From assembly GCA_046563655.1 (NCBI GenBank), contig CM102284.1, positions 1,922,001-1,986,000 of the forward strand: DNA of 64,000 bases, written 5' to 3'. Shown here piece by piece: positions 1 through 13,542 of this stretch. The stretch comes from Yuukianura sp. NJ FZ-2021 (taxonomy: Eukaryota). The notes beneath the pieces are model-generated. The model was not told the DNA's origin. It did no database searches and worked only from the letters and a program-made list of their open reading frames with translations. A program made the position numbers and the translations under genes. The first letter of the stretch is position 1. The number at the start of each line of letters is the position of its first letter.

Positions 1-3000
1 TAGTCGGTGTTTCGGATACTGGAAGTGTTGGCGCCACAACCTCTGTCTCTGATTGGTCATCTGAGGGGTTCAGAACAATTCATGATTACAAAATGTGTTA
101 TGTGTTTAAGTCAATGCTTCGAGCTTCAAATTTAGAATCTTCGCAAACTTCTTAATTAAGCCTTACCAAATATTGCAAGATCGGTGAAAGCTGTTGGAGA
201 CCCACTAATTATTCTTTCTTTTTCCGCTTGCCAAAGTTGTTCCTTCCTCGCGGCTTCGTACAGGCGGGCTCTTGCACGACGTTTCCGAATTGCATCAGGA
301 GTGTTAGAGTAAGGTTTCCTCCATTTGTACTGGACTGAAAATATTTGAACATTCTACACAAAAGTTCAATTCCAAATAGTTATAAACAAAAGTTCAACTT
401 TCCATCAAATTACCCTTCGGTGCAGTACTACTCCAATTACTGTCAAGGACTGAGTTGGCTTGCCTAGTGCTGTTTGCATCTTTTGTAACTTCGTCAGCTG
501 TTTCTTCATTATTAGGATGAATCTGCTTCAAGTGGCGTTGGAGATAAGCATTCTCTGGAAAAAAGACAGAATTAACCTTCGGCATTATTTTTTAAACAGC
601 ATTTAGAGAAGATGAGAAGAAAAACTTTATGTAGACCATGAGGAAACTCATTACCATGAAATCTTCTCGGACATAGGTGACACTTGAATGTATACACATG
701 TTGCTCAGGGTCAATTCCGTGTGCTTCCTTTCGGTGAGCCACAATTTCTTCTGCCAACTCAAAATTCAAGGCACACAAGTTGCATCTGAAAATCGGTTTC
801 GAAATGGATGAGAGACCAATAAAGTTTGGATTCTTGTATTTGCTAACAATGTCATCTTCATTCATTCCAGAATCAGCTTCAACTGTTCCCTCCTCCGGCG
901 ACGGATCAGTCACATGACTCTGATAATGTAATAAAACATCGTCTCGTGTTGAAAGTTGTTTTAGACAAGTCTTGCAATAGAATTCTAACTCTTGGTTGAT
1001 GATAACCGAGATTCCTTCTGTGCTTTGAGATTTTCCTTTAAAAAGAGTTTGATCGGACTCCAACTGCTGGTACCTAAGTCTTCTAATTCTTTTGGCTTCT
1101 AAATCTGATGTCTCAATAACGCCTTCAGCAACTGGAGGAATTTCTTCTTCAAAAGTGTCCAAGGTAGTTTGCATCACAGTAACATCTCCAGTAGGGTCTG
1201 GCCGTGTTTTCGGTTTTTGAAGAGCAGAGTAGTTTGCTGGATTCTGTCTTAGACGACGCACTGTTTCCCGCTTGTGGTCACCCACGACTTCGACGATTGG
1301 ATCCCCAACTTCCATTAATTGCTTATCCAAACTCTCTTTCAACTTCCTACGAACTTTTCCGACTTTGCTTCCAGGCGTATTGTGTGAATTCATATGGACG
1401 GTATAGGCTCTCAAGCTAAAATTATGAAGAGAGCAGAATGGACACTTCCATTTCAGATGGGTTTCGTAGTGAACGTCCAGAATTTCCTGCGTTTCAAAGT
1501 TGGCGTAACAAGCGATGCAGTAGAAAGGCCGAAGAGCCAAGTATTTGTCGCTGTGTGCCAAAACGTGATGCTTGTTTCTCATCATGACACCGCAAAAGAC
1601 TTTTGTGCAGTAGAAACAGTTGAACCGGTTCGTGAGGAAAGGAGTACCACTGTGTCGTTTTAGGTGAATATTGAGGGTATGGAGTGTTTTGAAGCGACGG
1701 TCACAGACGTGACACAGAGTCCCATGTTCGTAAGTGTGGTACCTCAGATAGTGAACGTGGAGTCGAACTTTACTTTCACACTTTTGCGAGCAGACGAGAC
1801 AGCCCCAAATAAGACTCTTCTTATACTTTCTGGTGAAACTGTGCACATGAGCGACTTTGCGATGTTTGTGCAGCAAGTTACCATCAGAGAAAACCTTACC
1901 ACATTCTGAAATTACGAAAAAAAAGTAACACCTGATTAATCATAACTGTTAGCTCATAATAGCTAGCTCATAATATGGACAAGTTAGAAGCTTACCGTCG
2001 CAGAGTACTGAAGAAGAAGTACTTTCAAGTTCTTGTGAGCTTGACAACGCCAGGACATGTTCTTCAAGATGGTCTCGGAGCTCATTCACAGTAAAAATTC
2101 CCCAACAAAAAGGACAATCCAGTACTTTCGTTTTATGGTTCTGATTAGCGGAGTTGTGGATCTTGTTCAAGTGTCTTTCATAGTTGAGTTTCACAGCAAA
2201 AGACTTGTCACACTGCTGACAGTACAATGGAGCAGAATCAGAGTCCGACTGCGAGATGTCTTCAGAATGATGATGAGTTGAAAGATGTTGCTTGAAATCC
2301 GTTTTGTCGATGAATTGAAGGTAACAGTCCGAAGAGTCACAGACGTAGACGTAACAGAACGATGCGTTTTCAGCTTCTGCTTGGGAGTCAAAGTGACTTC
2401 TAATGTGATTGACAAAATCAGTGCGACAGTTTAGTACTTCTTCACATTTGTCACAACGAAACTTTGCGAATTGTGACATGGCCTTGATTCCATGAATTTC
2501 CAAAGTATGTCTTGAACGTACTGCAGGAAAGTGAAGGACTGAGCTGCAGAAATTACACTGGACATTTTTATATCTGACTTTGGATCCACCAAGGTTGGCG
2601 TCCGAGGAATCTTAAAAACAAAAACGGAAATAGCGTAAATTCAATTCAGACGTACGTAAGTACTAATACTAACCAAGAATTTCATAACCTTTGCTTTTAC
2701 CTTGTTTCGTGGGTTGGGGAAAAACGTTCCGCACTTGCAGCTCCGCAATTAATCTGTTTGATAAGAGATGTTCGGGAAAAGTGATACGAACTCCAGCGGG
2801 AATCGTGACCTGAATTCCTGCAGATGGTCCAGTATCGAAAGAGTTCTGTTGTTCCGCCCGTGTTGCACGTCTTTGAGATAGGTATGCTATACTTCTCAAT
2901 CGGTTTGCTTCCAGCTGTTCAGAATTCAAACTTTCTCGCCATTGCCGCATTTCCAGCCTGCGTTTAGTATTTTCAGCTTCTATCTGCTCAGTAGCACTCA

Positions 3001-3879
3001 CTCTCCGGCGTTCCTGTAGTTCGCGATGTCGGATTTTGTCCTTGACTCTATCCGCTTCCAACTGGGCGGCATCCCGACCCTCACGAAGTTCGCGCTGTCT
3101 GATTTTCTCCCTGAGTCTATTCGCCTCCAATTGAGCAGCATCCCGTCCTCCTCGAATTTCTCGCATTCTGTCTCTTTCTCTGACTCGCTGAGCTACCCAC
3201 AGTTCCAGATTTCCGGACCTCAACGCTTCCCGTTTTTGGCGGTGCCGATCCCTGTTCTGCATTCTTATAGTTTCCAGCTTTCGAGTACTTTCCATTGAGC
3301 CATAAGCCTCTTCATGACGTTTTATCCTATCCAGGACTTCTGGGTTTGCCACTACATTCGTCGCACGCAGTAGTACGTCCTCCTGTACTGTTTGTACCAC
3401 GTTGTCATTGGCAACATCTGCGGAATCTAGAACTGCGTCCAAATCCGAAGTAAGGCTTGGACGCTCCATATCCGAAGAAACCTGCTGAATAAGACAAGAA
3501 TAATAATTATACACACCCAATAAGTCACCCGAGATATGTAAGAATCAAAGTCTACCGTCCGTAACCAAACTGTTTTAATACTCCAATGCCATCCTAAAAG
3601 CTGTGGAGGTTGAATCGCAGGAACCTCTATATTTTGAGTTCGACTCGACTGTTGTACAAAATGCAGATAAACACATTTTAAATAACCTACCTTACTTCAG
3701 TAAAAGGCTAAACAGTTCATGACCTTAAGTTCATTACAAGGTTATGAATGACAACTTACTAGTACTTACCTAATTTAATCAATCCCACTTAAACTTAAAC
3801 CTCCATAAACTTCATAAACTCTAATCGGAATCAACACCTGTGGCTTGACTAATCCACGGAATTTCGTTGCAATATCCAT
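1..3879 (-). CDS. STPR-like repeat plus multi-C2H2 zinc-finger protein, multi-exon, 3' end outside the window
   Basis: Proposed in-frame exons: 3879-3838 (MDIATKFRGLVKPQ), 3648-3556, 3484-2701 (or -2674), 2610-1996, 1905-~655, ~554-414, ~334-167, ~60-1. Splices rebuild split fingers (CDE|CGKVF..H, CHLCPRRFH|ENAYLQRHLKQIH). Many CxxC..H..H motifs. The first two exons are less certain. Confidence 0.8.
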
Positions 3880-4922
3880 TGAAAGAAGACTGCGGGTGTG
3901 ACTAATACTCAAATTTCGGAATTCTCGAATTCTGTTGTAGGTCAATTACTTGTACGTACGGAAAGTAGTAATACACTGCATGCGACGATTCAAAGAATTA
4001 GTACCCCAGCTTTCGCATCCAATTTCGGAATATCCGTCTTTACAGAGGATTAGGTACGACGCTACGTGAATACGATTTGGAATAAGGCGGAATGGTAGCA
4101 ATTGTAACCAAGTTCTGAATGAATTGAAGAATTACATTCGGTAATATGATAATTTGTAAATATTCGCAGCATAAAATGGAGTCAAAATTTGCGAAATTTT
4201 AATTTACGAAAAAATTTTTACTTGGTTGGACAATTGCGTTTGCCTTTTGTATTGAATTTTGTAAAACATGTTTCAAGTTTTAAAACAAAATACGCCGACT
4301 TTTTTCAATCTTTCTTGAACAACTCTTTTTTTTTATTTTTTTGCGTGACGCACAAAAAAGAGCATAGTGGAAGTTCATGCACTTGAAATTTGACACGGAG
4401 AGTAAACCCAATCTAATCTAGTCGTACTCGTAAGGTAAACAAAGTTATTTGCGCCTCCTCAGAAAAGTTGGAAATCTAACACTGGACCAGAAATGCTGTT
4501 GTACGGTTTATCAAAAATTTATGAACTACTAAGGTTAGGTTGAAGTATAAAGGAGAATGGATTGCTCATTTTACAGCACACAACGCAACTATTTTTTCCA
4601 TTACACGCTCCATTAATCACCGTTGCGTGACTGTTAATTACATACTGAGAATGACGAAGATAGAGAATTCTAACCACATTTCGAAAGCCCTAATTTTCGT
4701 AGTCCTTACTAATTAAGTACGAATTGCAAGCAACCGTTTTTGGTTGGTGTTCGAAGTTTGGTGTTGTGTTGTGCTATGTGGTTGTCATGGCAACTTTGCA
4801 AAGAGAATTTTCAGTTTGAGAGAACCTACAGCACAAATTCCTTGGATCTCTTTTTAGTGTTTTGAGACAAGAACTTCCTGGAAGTGTCGTAACCATTTTT
4901 AGAATTCCTCAATTACTTATTA

Positions 4923-5313
4923 AGGCCTGTTCATACCATGACACTGGATTTTCCTTCCACTGGACGTTCAGTCCATGGATAACATTTTGTCTCGTTCATA
5001 CCGCATTTTCGGGAAAGCAAGTTGTTCAATATTTTTTCCATGGATGGGAATGGGATTCGATCGAGACCAGCAAAGGTTTAACTTGAGAGTGAACTTTTGG
5101 TCTGGATCGTTTCTCCCATCTCTCAGCACTACGAGAAAATCCGGGCGGAAACGAGGCTTTTTTTAGGTGTGAACGAACGAAAATCCAGTTTATGGTAAAA
5201 AATCCACCCAAACTGTCTCTGGACAATCCTTCCAGAGAAAGTAAATCTGATCTGAGCGACATGATTTGCGTCTAGTGGATGGAAAATCGCAGTAGTACAG
5301 TATGGACAGGCCT
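4923..5313. mobile_element. PIF/Harbinger (Tourist-like) MITE
   Basis: Imperfect TIRs aggcctgttcatac...gattttccttccact and agtggatggaaaatc...gtatggacaggcct, with TTA on both flanks. No coding capacity. Confidence 0.7.
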
Positions 5314-5493
5314 TTAACACAAAAAAAAATTCAATCGAAGTGAGACGTCGGGCGCCATCGATCTGAGGCCGAATCCGTTTTGAGTTTTGTTTTTGGGGAA
5401 GTGAACAGTGACTCATTTGTGTTGTAAAAAGTGACTCGTTTTTGTTAGATTTGAAGCTTTTAGTCATTTTATATTCATATTAATATTCATATA

Positions 5494-7090
5494 ATGGCCA
5501 TACTTCCGCTGTTCCTGCGTAGACGCCTGCTTGTAATTTCAACAATTTCTGTTCTGGTTACTTTAGTATGTTTAGTTCATTTTTCGAATGACTTTGGAAT
5601 TGGCGGGTTCAACAGTAGTGGTACGAATCTGTACGAATTTGCACAACTTATGATCGGCTCCTCAAATCGAACTAGTCCATGTGCCTTACCGAAACTGAAT
5701 TTGAGGTAAACTTATCAAATTGAAAATGAGAAAAAAAAATCTTTGAAAATTTAAACCTTCACAAATTGCTAACAATGTAAATTTTTGGATAAAACACGAT
5801 GATATTAATTAGGAAGGTTGAGTTGCAAAATCAATTCTAGAATTTATTTTTTTTTTAAAATTTAGTAAGCCTCGCCCCTTTCCACCCCCACCAACCCGCT
5901 CTGTTACGGCTCCCGTGATTGGTTGTTTTCAAGTCGGTGACGTCACTTTCCAAAGTTGTCTCATTTATGGAACTTATTTCCCGTGTTTATAAATTTTGTA
6001 AATCCGAAAAGTTTGAAAAGTGACGTAATAAATTCTATACTTTCTATAATTTATTTAGTATAACGCAAACTCCCTAATAAAGCGTTTTCTTTCCAGCGGA
6101 TTTTATGCAGAATTCGGCACTTCCCGTCCCACTCTACTCAATTTGAATCGGTGTATCAAATCTTTGCATCGGAACGTCCCAAGCATAACATTTCACTGTA
6201 AGGATCGACTGGGAAATCAGATGTTTGCATACGCCACACTCTTCGCTATTGCTCAGTACAACCAACGACAAGCCTACATGGCTCCACTCATGTCCATTTA
6301 CATTTCAAAATACTTCCAAGTATCTATGGACACACTGGACCAAGAGGTCTACGATCACACTAAATGGACTGCTCGCGTACTTCCCGCTAAAGTGCCTTCA
6401 GATATTCGCGCTCTTCCGAAAACAGATATAATTGGAGGGCCGTCCAGAATTCAATTTTGTTGCTACCCGCAAGCATGGCGCTACTTCGACGAACTCCGTC
6501 CACTTATTCGTGCCGAATTTAAATTTCATCCAGAAATTCAACTTCGAGCGACTCAACAACTTGCTAGAGCAAGACAAACTTTCGATTCAAAATTTCCCGC
6601 CGACGGTGCCACTAGTGTTACGTTTATAGGAGTACATGTGAGGAGAGGTGATTATGTGAGTGAACAGAAGGAAAAGAACTTTTATTTGCCGACTGCCGAG
6701 TATTACCGAAGTGCCATGAACTATTTGATCGAAGAGGTCAAAGTTCAAAACCCAATTTTTGTTGTGGCGAGTGAAGATGTTGACTGGTGTCGTCAAAATT
6801 TTGGGAGTTTTTCAAATCAGCTGGCCTTTCACTATCTAGAAGGCACTGCATCAACTGATGGTGGTTTGGACATGGCGGTACTTTCAAATTGCAACCACGT
6901 GATATTTGGCCTTGGAACGTTTGGATTTTGGGCGGGATATTTGAATCCTGGCAAAGTCGTGTACTGTGATAACTGTATACCTAAAAATAATATTTGGATG
7001 GGACCATACGTGTATGATGGCGACTACGGAAATTTTGCACTGCCGTCCTGGAAGGGCCTACATTGGAACGGATCTGCTAACCGTTTATAG
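5494..7090 (+). CDS. Alpha-1,2-fucosyltransferase (GT11), copy 1
   Basis: Exons 5494-5705 (type II transmembrane anchor) and 6097-7090 join in frame. Motifs RLGNQMF, GVHVRRGDY, FVVASED and DMAVLSNCNHVIFGLGTFGFWAGYL. Confidence 0.92.
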
Positions 7091-7365
7091 TATTTCTAAT
7101 TTAAATTTTAACTACATTTGCTTTAGTTTTATTTCATTTCACTTTAGATCTAACCTTGGTTTACTTTATTCAAAAATATGTAAGTCAGTTTCGAACTTTC
7201 CAGTGCAAAACAGGGCCACGTTATTAAGTTTTCTTATAGCTTTAAAGAAAAACTATTAAAAGCTTTTCAAATCACTTTTCAGTCATCAAGGCTCTGCTTA
7301 TACGCTTATGCGAATGTCAACGTTTTACTTCCAACTTTTACTTCCCGTCATCCTCATCACCAATT

Positions 7366-9425
7366 TTACTTCAAGCGAATTCCAACTTTCACTCGAAATG
7401 TATGCGGTGTACCGACCATACCAAAGTTCACATCTAAAGTCGGCATTTCATTAGCCCAGCACCCAAATTCAAATTTTTGTACAAGCGCAGTAGTAAAGAG
7501 AAAAATGTTGTCCAATGCTTGACGTTGTCCAGGACAAAATCGTTTTCCGTAGCTAAAAGGCAAGTAGCCATCCACATTTTTTTTCACTTTTAGACACCCG
7601 TCTTTTTTCTCCAAAAATCGCTCAGGTCGAAACTCATCTGGATCTTCAAAATATTCTGGATCGTGATGAATTCCATACAAATTGGATATGACCATGGTCC
7701 CTTTGGGGATCGTGTAACCTTGGACATCAGTGTCTTCAAGTGTAAAGTGCGGTAATCCCATGAGTCCAATGGTCGAAATTCTAAGAAGTTCATGTACACA
7801 AGCATCTGTGTACGGCATGGATACTCGATCGCTCAAATTCGGAAGGCGGGAATTTTCAGAAGTGACGCGCGAAACTTCTTCGTAGATTTGATTTTGTACT
7901 TTTGGATTCCTTACTAAGTGGATGATCATCCACTCGAGAGCGGTACTTGTAGTGTCCAAAGCGCCAAGAAAAATGTCACCGGTTGAAACTGGTTGGAAAT
8001 TTTCTAAATTTCAAAAATTTGAAAAAGTATTAAGTAAAACGCAATTTTTTCAAAAAAAAAACAACAACTTTTATGTGCGATTTTACGAGTTTTGTGAAAA
8101 GTTGATGTTGGATCTGTTGTTTCTTCCACTTTATCCAAGTAAGCATCTGTGAAATCACGCGGATTTTGGGGAATTCTTGTTGCGTTGTGTTTCGAAATTT
8201 CATTTTCAACAAAGCTATATACATCGTGGAATCCTTTGACTTTTTTATCAAGTCCAGAAATTTTCGAAACCAGTTTTGCCAACCACGGCATAAACATGGC
8301 CATCTCTCCCAGGATTCCTGCCGATGCATGGGAACTGAAATTTACAACAAAGATGTGTGTTTTTTTTTAAATGAAAATCTAAAATTTCATGGGGCTTTAC
8401 ATCTCCGCTGCTTGTCTGATCTTATGAAAAAGTGGATCCGAAGGTTCGAATCTTCTGCTCATGAGCATTGACCAAGTAGAGTTGATCACACTGGCCTGAA
8501 ATCGGTGATTCATCGGGATTGGCTTCCCTTCAGAGGGCGCTGTTGCCACTTCGTCTTCCAAAGTCTTCACAAAATCGTTCACTTCGTCCATAATCTTCTC
8601 TTCCTTAAAATATAAAAGAAATTATGTAATATTGTTTTATATATTATAAATACGAGTATATACAATTATATTATTAACATAATATATGTTGCACCATTGT
8701 CTTTTTTCCGACACCCAAATCTTTGAAATTCTTTAGGATGAAATGACGCTGCTCTATGGCGGTTCTTGCAAGTCCAAAAATCAACCCTACATTTGTAAAA
8801 AGTGATTTTTACACAAAGCACGTGTTAGCATAAATTAAATTAAATATATGTTTTACTTATTATAATACATATTAAATAAATATACTAGAATATAATTATT
8901 ATTAAAATATTTTGATACATGTTTTTGAGTATGTTACCTTTGTATCCCCAAGAAATTTCGCTATAAATGTCAGCATGCGGACGTTCAGCAAGAGCATTTT
9001 GACTGAACAGTTCTTTAATTATCTTGCTGTCATTGACTACAACAGCTCTAGAAATGTTTTTAAAAATTTAAATTTTTTATAACTCAATTCGAAATTTTAA
9101 TTTTTTTCACAAAATTTGCTCGTCCACTTACGGTAAACTTCCGTATTGAAGAGAGAATATCGGACCGTATATTTTCTTCCATTTCAAAAACGTTTTGAAA
9201 GGATGCGTGCCGAGGAACGGCAAGTGCCCCACAATGGGCAAGCCAATTGGTCCTACATATTTGTTACCAGTTTCAAAATTTTAAAAAAAAATTCAAAAAA
9301 AATCTATTCCTAACTATTGGTTTAATACCTGGTGGTGAGTTACAGCGAATCCGTTTTCTACGTGTTAACCAAAAGTAGGACACTACAACAACAGTTAGTA
9401 CAAACGCAATTAAAATCAAATCCAT
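7366..9425 (-). CDS. Cytochrome P450, clan 2-like, multi-exon
   Basis: N-terminal anchor MDLILIAFVLTVVVV followed by PPG/PIGLPIVGHLPFLG. Also I-helix DIFLGALDTTST, ExxR (ELLR), PERF and heme motif FSYGKRFCPG. Confidence 0.92.
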
Positions 9426-10624
9426 TGTACCAACCACTTTGAATTCTAAATTTCAAAAAATTAAGAAAATTTCACACGCAAAAAATATAATTCTTCGAAA
9501 TTGTTTGAAACAGTACTAAAGTCAAGAAGCTGCGAACCGTTTTGCTCAACTGACTGTCTGCGTACTGTTTTAAAAAAAAAAAAAAAAAAAAGGAGGAAAT
9601 AAAAATTAAAAAAAAACAAGAACATTTATTAAGTCAAAACTGGTTTAAAATAAAACAACGCCTAGAGTTTAGTTAGGAACTAATTAAGAACCAGCCGAAT
9701 GGAGAGAAAATATAGCAAGATCACAAGATAAAAAAATCCAGTACTGAGAAGTTGCATTTCTCTAAATTCCGTTGAGACTGGGAGCTACTGCGTGTTAATC
9801 TTTAATCATTCAACCAATTAACGTAATTCCACTACAAGTATTTTTTTTTCGATTAGCAATTTTCATGTGTGAATTGTTTATGTGTGGGATTCGTCTGAGT
9901 TGCAATTTGTAAGAAAGAAAGAAAATAATAATAATAATAATTACTAAGAATGCTACAAGAGTTACGTCTTTCAGACAAAACTTCTTTTTGTCTAACTTTA
10001 ACTTGAAGATTAATTTCAAATTGAACTAAAAAAAACTAACAATAACAATATTAACTTGTACTATGACGTTCTAGTATTTAGCAATTGACGTCAATGAAGT
10101 ACTTTTTGAAACCTGAGAAAGTTCAGGAGAAAAATACCGTATGTCTACTTTACTAAGGTGCGCAATAGCATTATACAATATAAAATAATATACAGTATAT
10201 AATGTGTACAATATGTAATAGAGACAATTTATAATAGTATGTACAATGTATAATAAATGTGAGGGTAATTCTTGGTGAGTCTTTTTGATTCACAGAATTA
10301 AGTTTAGAATGATTTTTTTAACTGAAAATACTCGGGTTATTACGTTTGGAGAATTTAATAAATTTTCAAAGTTTTATTAGAAATGTGAGAATAAAACCTC
10401 ACAAGTCACAAGGTAAATCGAAAACAAAATTTTTCAATGCGTTAAATCTTTTTCTTTTTTTTTTTGAGAAATTGTTTGATCTTCTTAAAACAGGAAACAA
10501 AATTCATAATTTAATGCTAGACAGGAAATGGTTATCTTTGGTTTGCATTGACTTTGAGACTGGGACAGCGAAAGAAATTATCCTCTTAACGGCAATTAAT
10601 TCTTTAAAAACAGAATCAGTTTAA

Positions 10625-11894
10625 ATGTTCGCAAAAATGAAAAAGTTGAAACCCCAAAAACTACTTTTACTTTTTGGAATTTCCTTTTCACTGTACATTT
10701 TTATAAAATTTGGACCGAAAAAGTTATTTGAACTTCAAAATCAACAAATTTCGACCAACGATATGCTGACAAAAATTCGGAAAAGTCCATGTCAATTGCT
10801 TAGCTTTAATTTGAGGTATACATTTTGAAATTCAACAGAAAACTAAACTTTTAAATTTTTTTGAAACAATTTTTGAAACTTTCAGCTTTCCAGAAAACCC
10901 GGAAACAGACATCGCCATTTCGCTCAGTGCTCGTCAAAATTCAAAACGTTGTGTCAAACGGCTCGCGCCTAACGTTCCTTCACTAACGGCCGAATGTCGT
11001 GACCGGCTTGGAAATCAAATGTTTTCTTACGCCACTCTGTATGCCATTGCACACTACAATCAGCGTCAAGCCCACATGTCTCCCCTCATGTCCACATATA
11101 TTTCAAAATACTTCCAAGTATCTTTAGCCACTTTGGATGAAATCACTTACAAAAACACTAGTTGGATAACCAGAAACCTTCCAGCCAAAGTCCAGAACAG
11201 CATTCGTCACCTTCCCAAAAAGGCGCCAAATGGATCTCCCTCCAGAATCAAATTCTGCTGCTTCCCCCAAGCATGGCGCTATTTTCATGACCTCCGACCT
11301 CAAATTCTCACAGAATTTAAATTTCATCCAGAAATACAATTCCATGCTGTTCACGAATTGGCTAGAGCAAAACAAAAGTTTTATTCAAACTTACCCGCCA
11401 GTCAAGTGACGTTCATTGGAGTCCATGTCCGAAGAGGTGACTATGTCAGGGAACAACAGCTGAGAAGATGTAGGCTACCAACAGTAGAGTATTATAAGAG
11501 TGCCATGGCCTATATAGGTCACAAGGTCATTAACCCCGTGTTCGTTGTGGCCAGTGACGACATTGGCTGGTGCCAAAAAACGTTTGTCGATCGTCACTCA
11601 TCATCGTTATCACTAGGTGACAAATTTCGGATCCACTTTTTGGAGGGAATTGACAAGCATAGAAGTGATGCTGGTTGGGACATGGCCGTCCTGTCGTCTT
11701 GTGACCACGTCATTTTTGGTTTGGGCACTTTTGGATTTTGGGCGGGATATTTGAATCCAGGAGAAGTAGTGTACTGTGATGACTGTATTCCGAAGGACTC
11801 CGTTTGGATGAAAGCCCGAGCCATCTATGCTGGGAATTACGGTAACTTTGTACTTCCTAGTTGGAAAGGAATCCACTGGAACGGAACTGGCTAA
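10625..11894 (+). CDS. Alpha-1,2-fucosyltransferase (GT11), copy 2
   Basis: Exons 10625-10815 and 10886-11894, with the same intron position and phase as copy 1. Motifs RLGNQMF, GVHVRRGDY, VASDD and GTFGFWAGYL. Confidence 0.92.
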
Positions 11895-12762
11895 CAATAA
11901 GAAAATTTTATAAAATAGAAAACATGAATAACATATATGAATTATATTAAAAATTTCATAAATTACAGTAACTGTTCGAAACACATTGTGAACTTTGTAA
12001 ATTTCATGCTTTAATACTTGTTAAGGGGGGGTGTAGTCACATAGTATCAGCCTTACAGTAGCAACAATGACTCGTCTTAACATAAAATGAGTTAAATAAA
12101 AATTACTCATAAACAAACATATAATTACTATTAGGTATTATTTCCTTAGTTGACTTTATTTAAGAGATCTCGATTACTTTAGCTAAAAACAAAAACGAAG
12201 TCATGCAGATTAGGTTAAGTTAACGTGGTAGAAGAATGTTAGGCTTACGTAAATACAACGAGGTTTACCTTAATTTTGGTTAAATAATTATCAGTAATAA
12301 TTAGCTAGTCGCTAAATTTAAATTTAAAGTAAAGCTAAGTTAAGTAATGAGATGGAAATAAGGTGTATTCGTTATAGAGATTCAAAGTCAAAGTCAAAAG
12401 AAAAACAGTATTTAGAAAAATTTCGAACCAAATCACTAATACCCTTCACAACCACGTTGACAAAAAAGTAAACTATAAAATGCTTTGGAATATGATGCAT
12501 TGTGATGTTTACCCTGATATTGGGAATTGACTGTATATAACAAATTACGAAAACTTATGAAAATGATAGATAACCCAATAGACTGAAGTGATGACGGTAA
12601 CTGCATGCATGACTTGCATTTTCACGTGACAATTTAAGGTTAGATTCGTTCATAGTACTTATATGATATAATCTAACCTAAAAGCATTTTAACTTGTATA
12701 AAATTGCCACAAGACTAAAACTAAACTGACTGATCAGATGCTGACAAGCTATTCCTATTTCA

Positions 12763-13542
12763 TCAGTCATCCATGTCTCCTGTCTTCTTTCTTAGAGAGT
12801 ACTTGAACTTGAGCCGTTCCAGATCTGCGTTAGTTCCTTTGTGATGTTTTCGCACATGATCAAACAAGTTCCATTTTTTAGAAAATGCTACAGTACAGAG
12901 TTCGCATTTAAAGGGTTTGTAGTTAGAATGAGTACTGATGGTATGTCCAAGTAGATGAATTCGTTGTTTGAAACTTTTGCCACAAGTAGGGCATGCAAAC
13001 GGCCTCACATTCTCGTGAATCGTTTGTAAATGGACTTTTAAGTTCCATGGTGAAGCAAATGAGCTGTGACAGTACTTGCATCCGTAGACTCCCGAACCGT
13101 TGTTGATAATAGCCTCACGGCGAGGTGCCTTTTTCAAACCACGTTTCTTGACTCCAGGAATACGAATTGACACAGTTGACCGTCCCTTCTTGGCTATCGG
13201 TTCCCGTACTTGTGGACGTAGTTCCGGCATCTCCTCGGTTTCTAATTCTTCTGACGGGGACGGTGGCGATGGTGTCGGTGGAAATAGAGTCGCTAGATGC
13301 TGACTCGGTCGACTGCCTGGATGGAACGACTGCTCATGTGCACGTAACTTTTCCAGTGACATGAGGATTCTCGGACAGTGGTTACAGGCGTAGTAAAAAG
13401 TATCAAAGTCCCTCTGTAGTATCTCTGCTGCTGCAGCATTTTGTTTCTCCATGTAAATTTCGATTGGATCCAAGTCGGAGTTGAACGTGTCAGACAAGGT
13501 CAAAGGGGATCGTCCATTCCTCCGCAACCCATAGTTGTCCAT
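12763..13542 (-). CDS. C2H2 zinc-finger protein, apparently single coding exon
   Basis: 259-aa ORF with one N-terminal finger and three tandem C-terminal fingers joined by HENVRPF and HSNYKPF linkers. Confidence 0.85.
   Translation of the reverse strand: MDNYGLRRNGRSPLTLSDTFNSDLDPIEIYMEKQNAAAAEILQRDFDTFYYACNHCPRILMSLEKLRAHEQSFHPGSRPSQHLATLFPPTPSPPSPSEELETEEMPELRPQVREPIAKKGRSTVSIRIPGVKKRGLKKAPRREAIINNGSGVYGCKYCHSSFASPWNLKVHLQTIHENVRPFACPTCGKSFKQRIHLLGHTISTHSNYKPFKCELCTVAFSKKWNLFDHVRKHHKGTNADLERLKFKYSLRKKTGDMDD

Noticed and set aside
2560-2701. STPR exon acting as a frame-shifting poison exon or as a separate gene
   Set aside because: Recounting the bases shows the phase-1 splice enters the zinc-finger frame with no stop.
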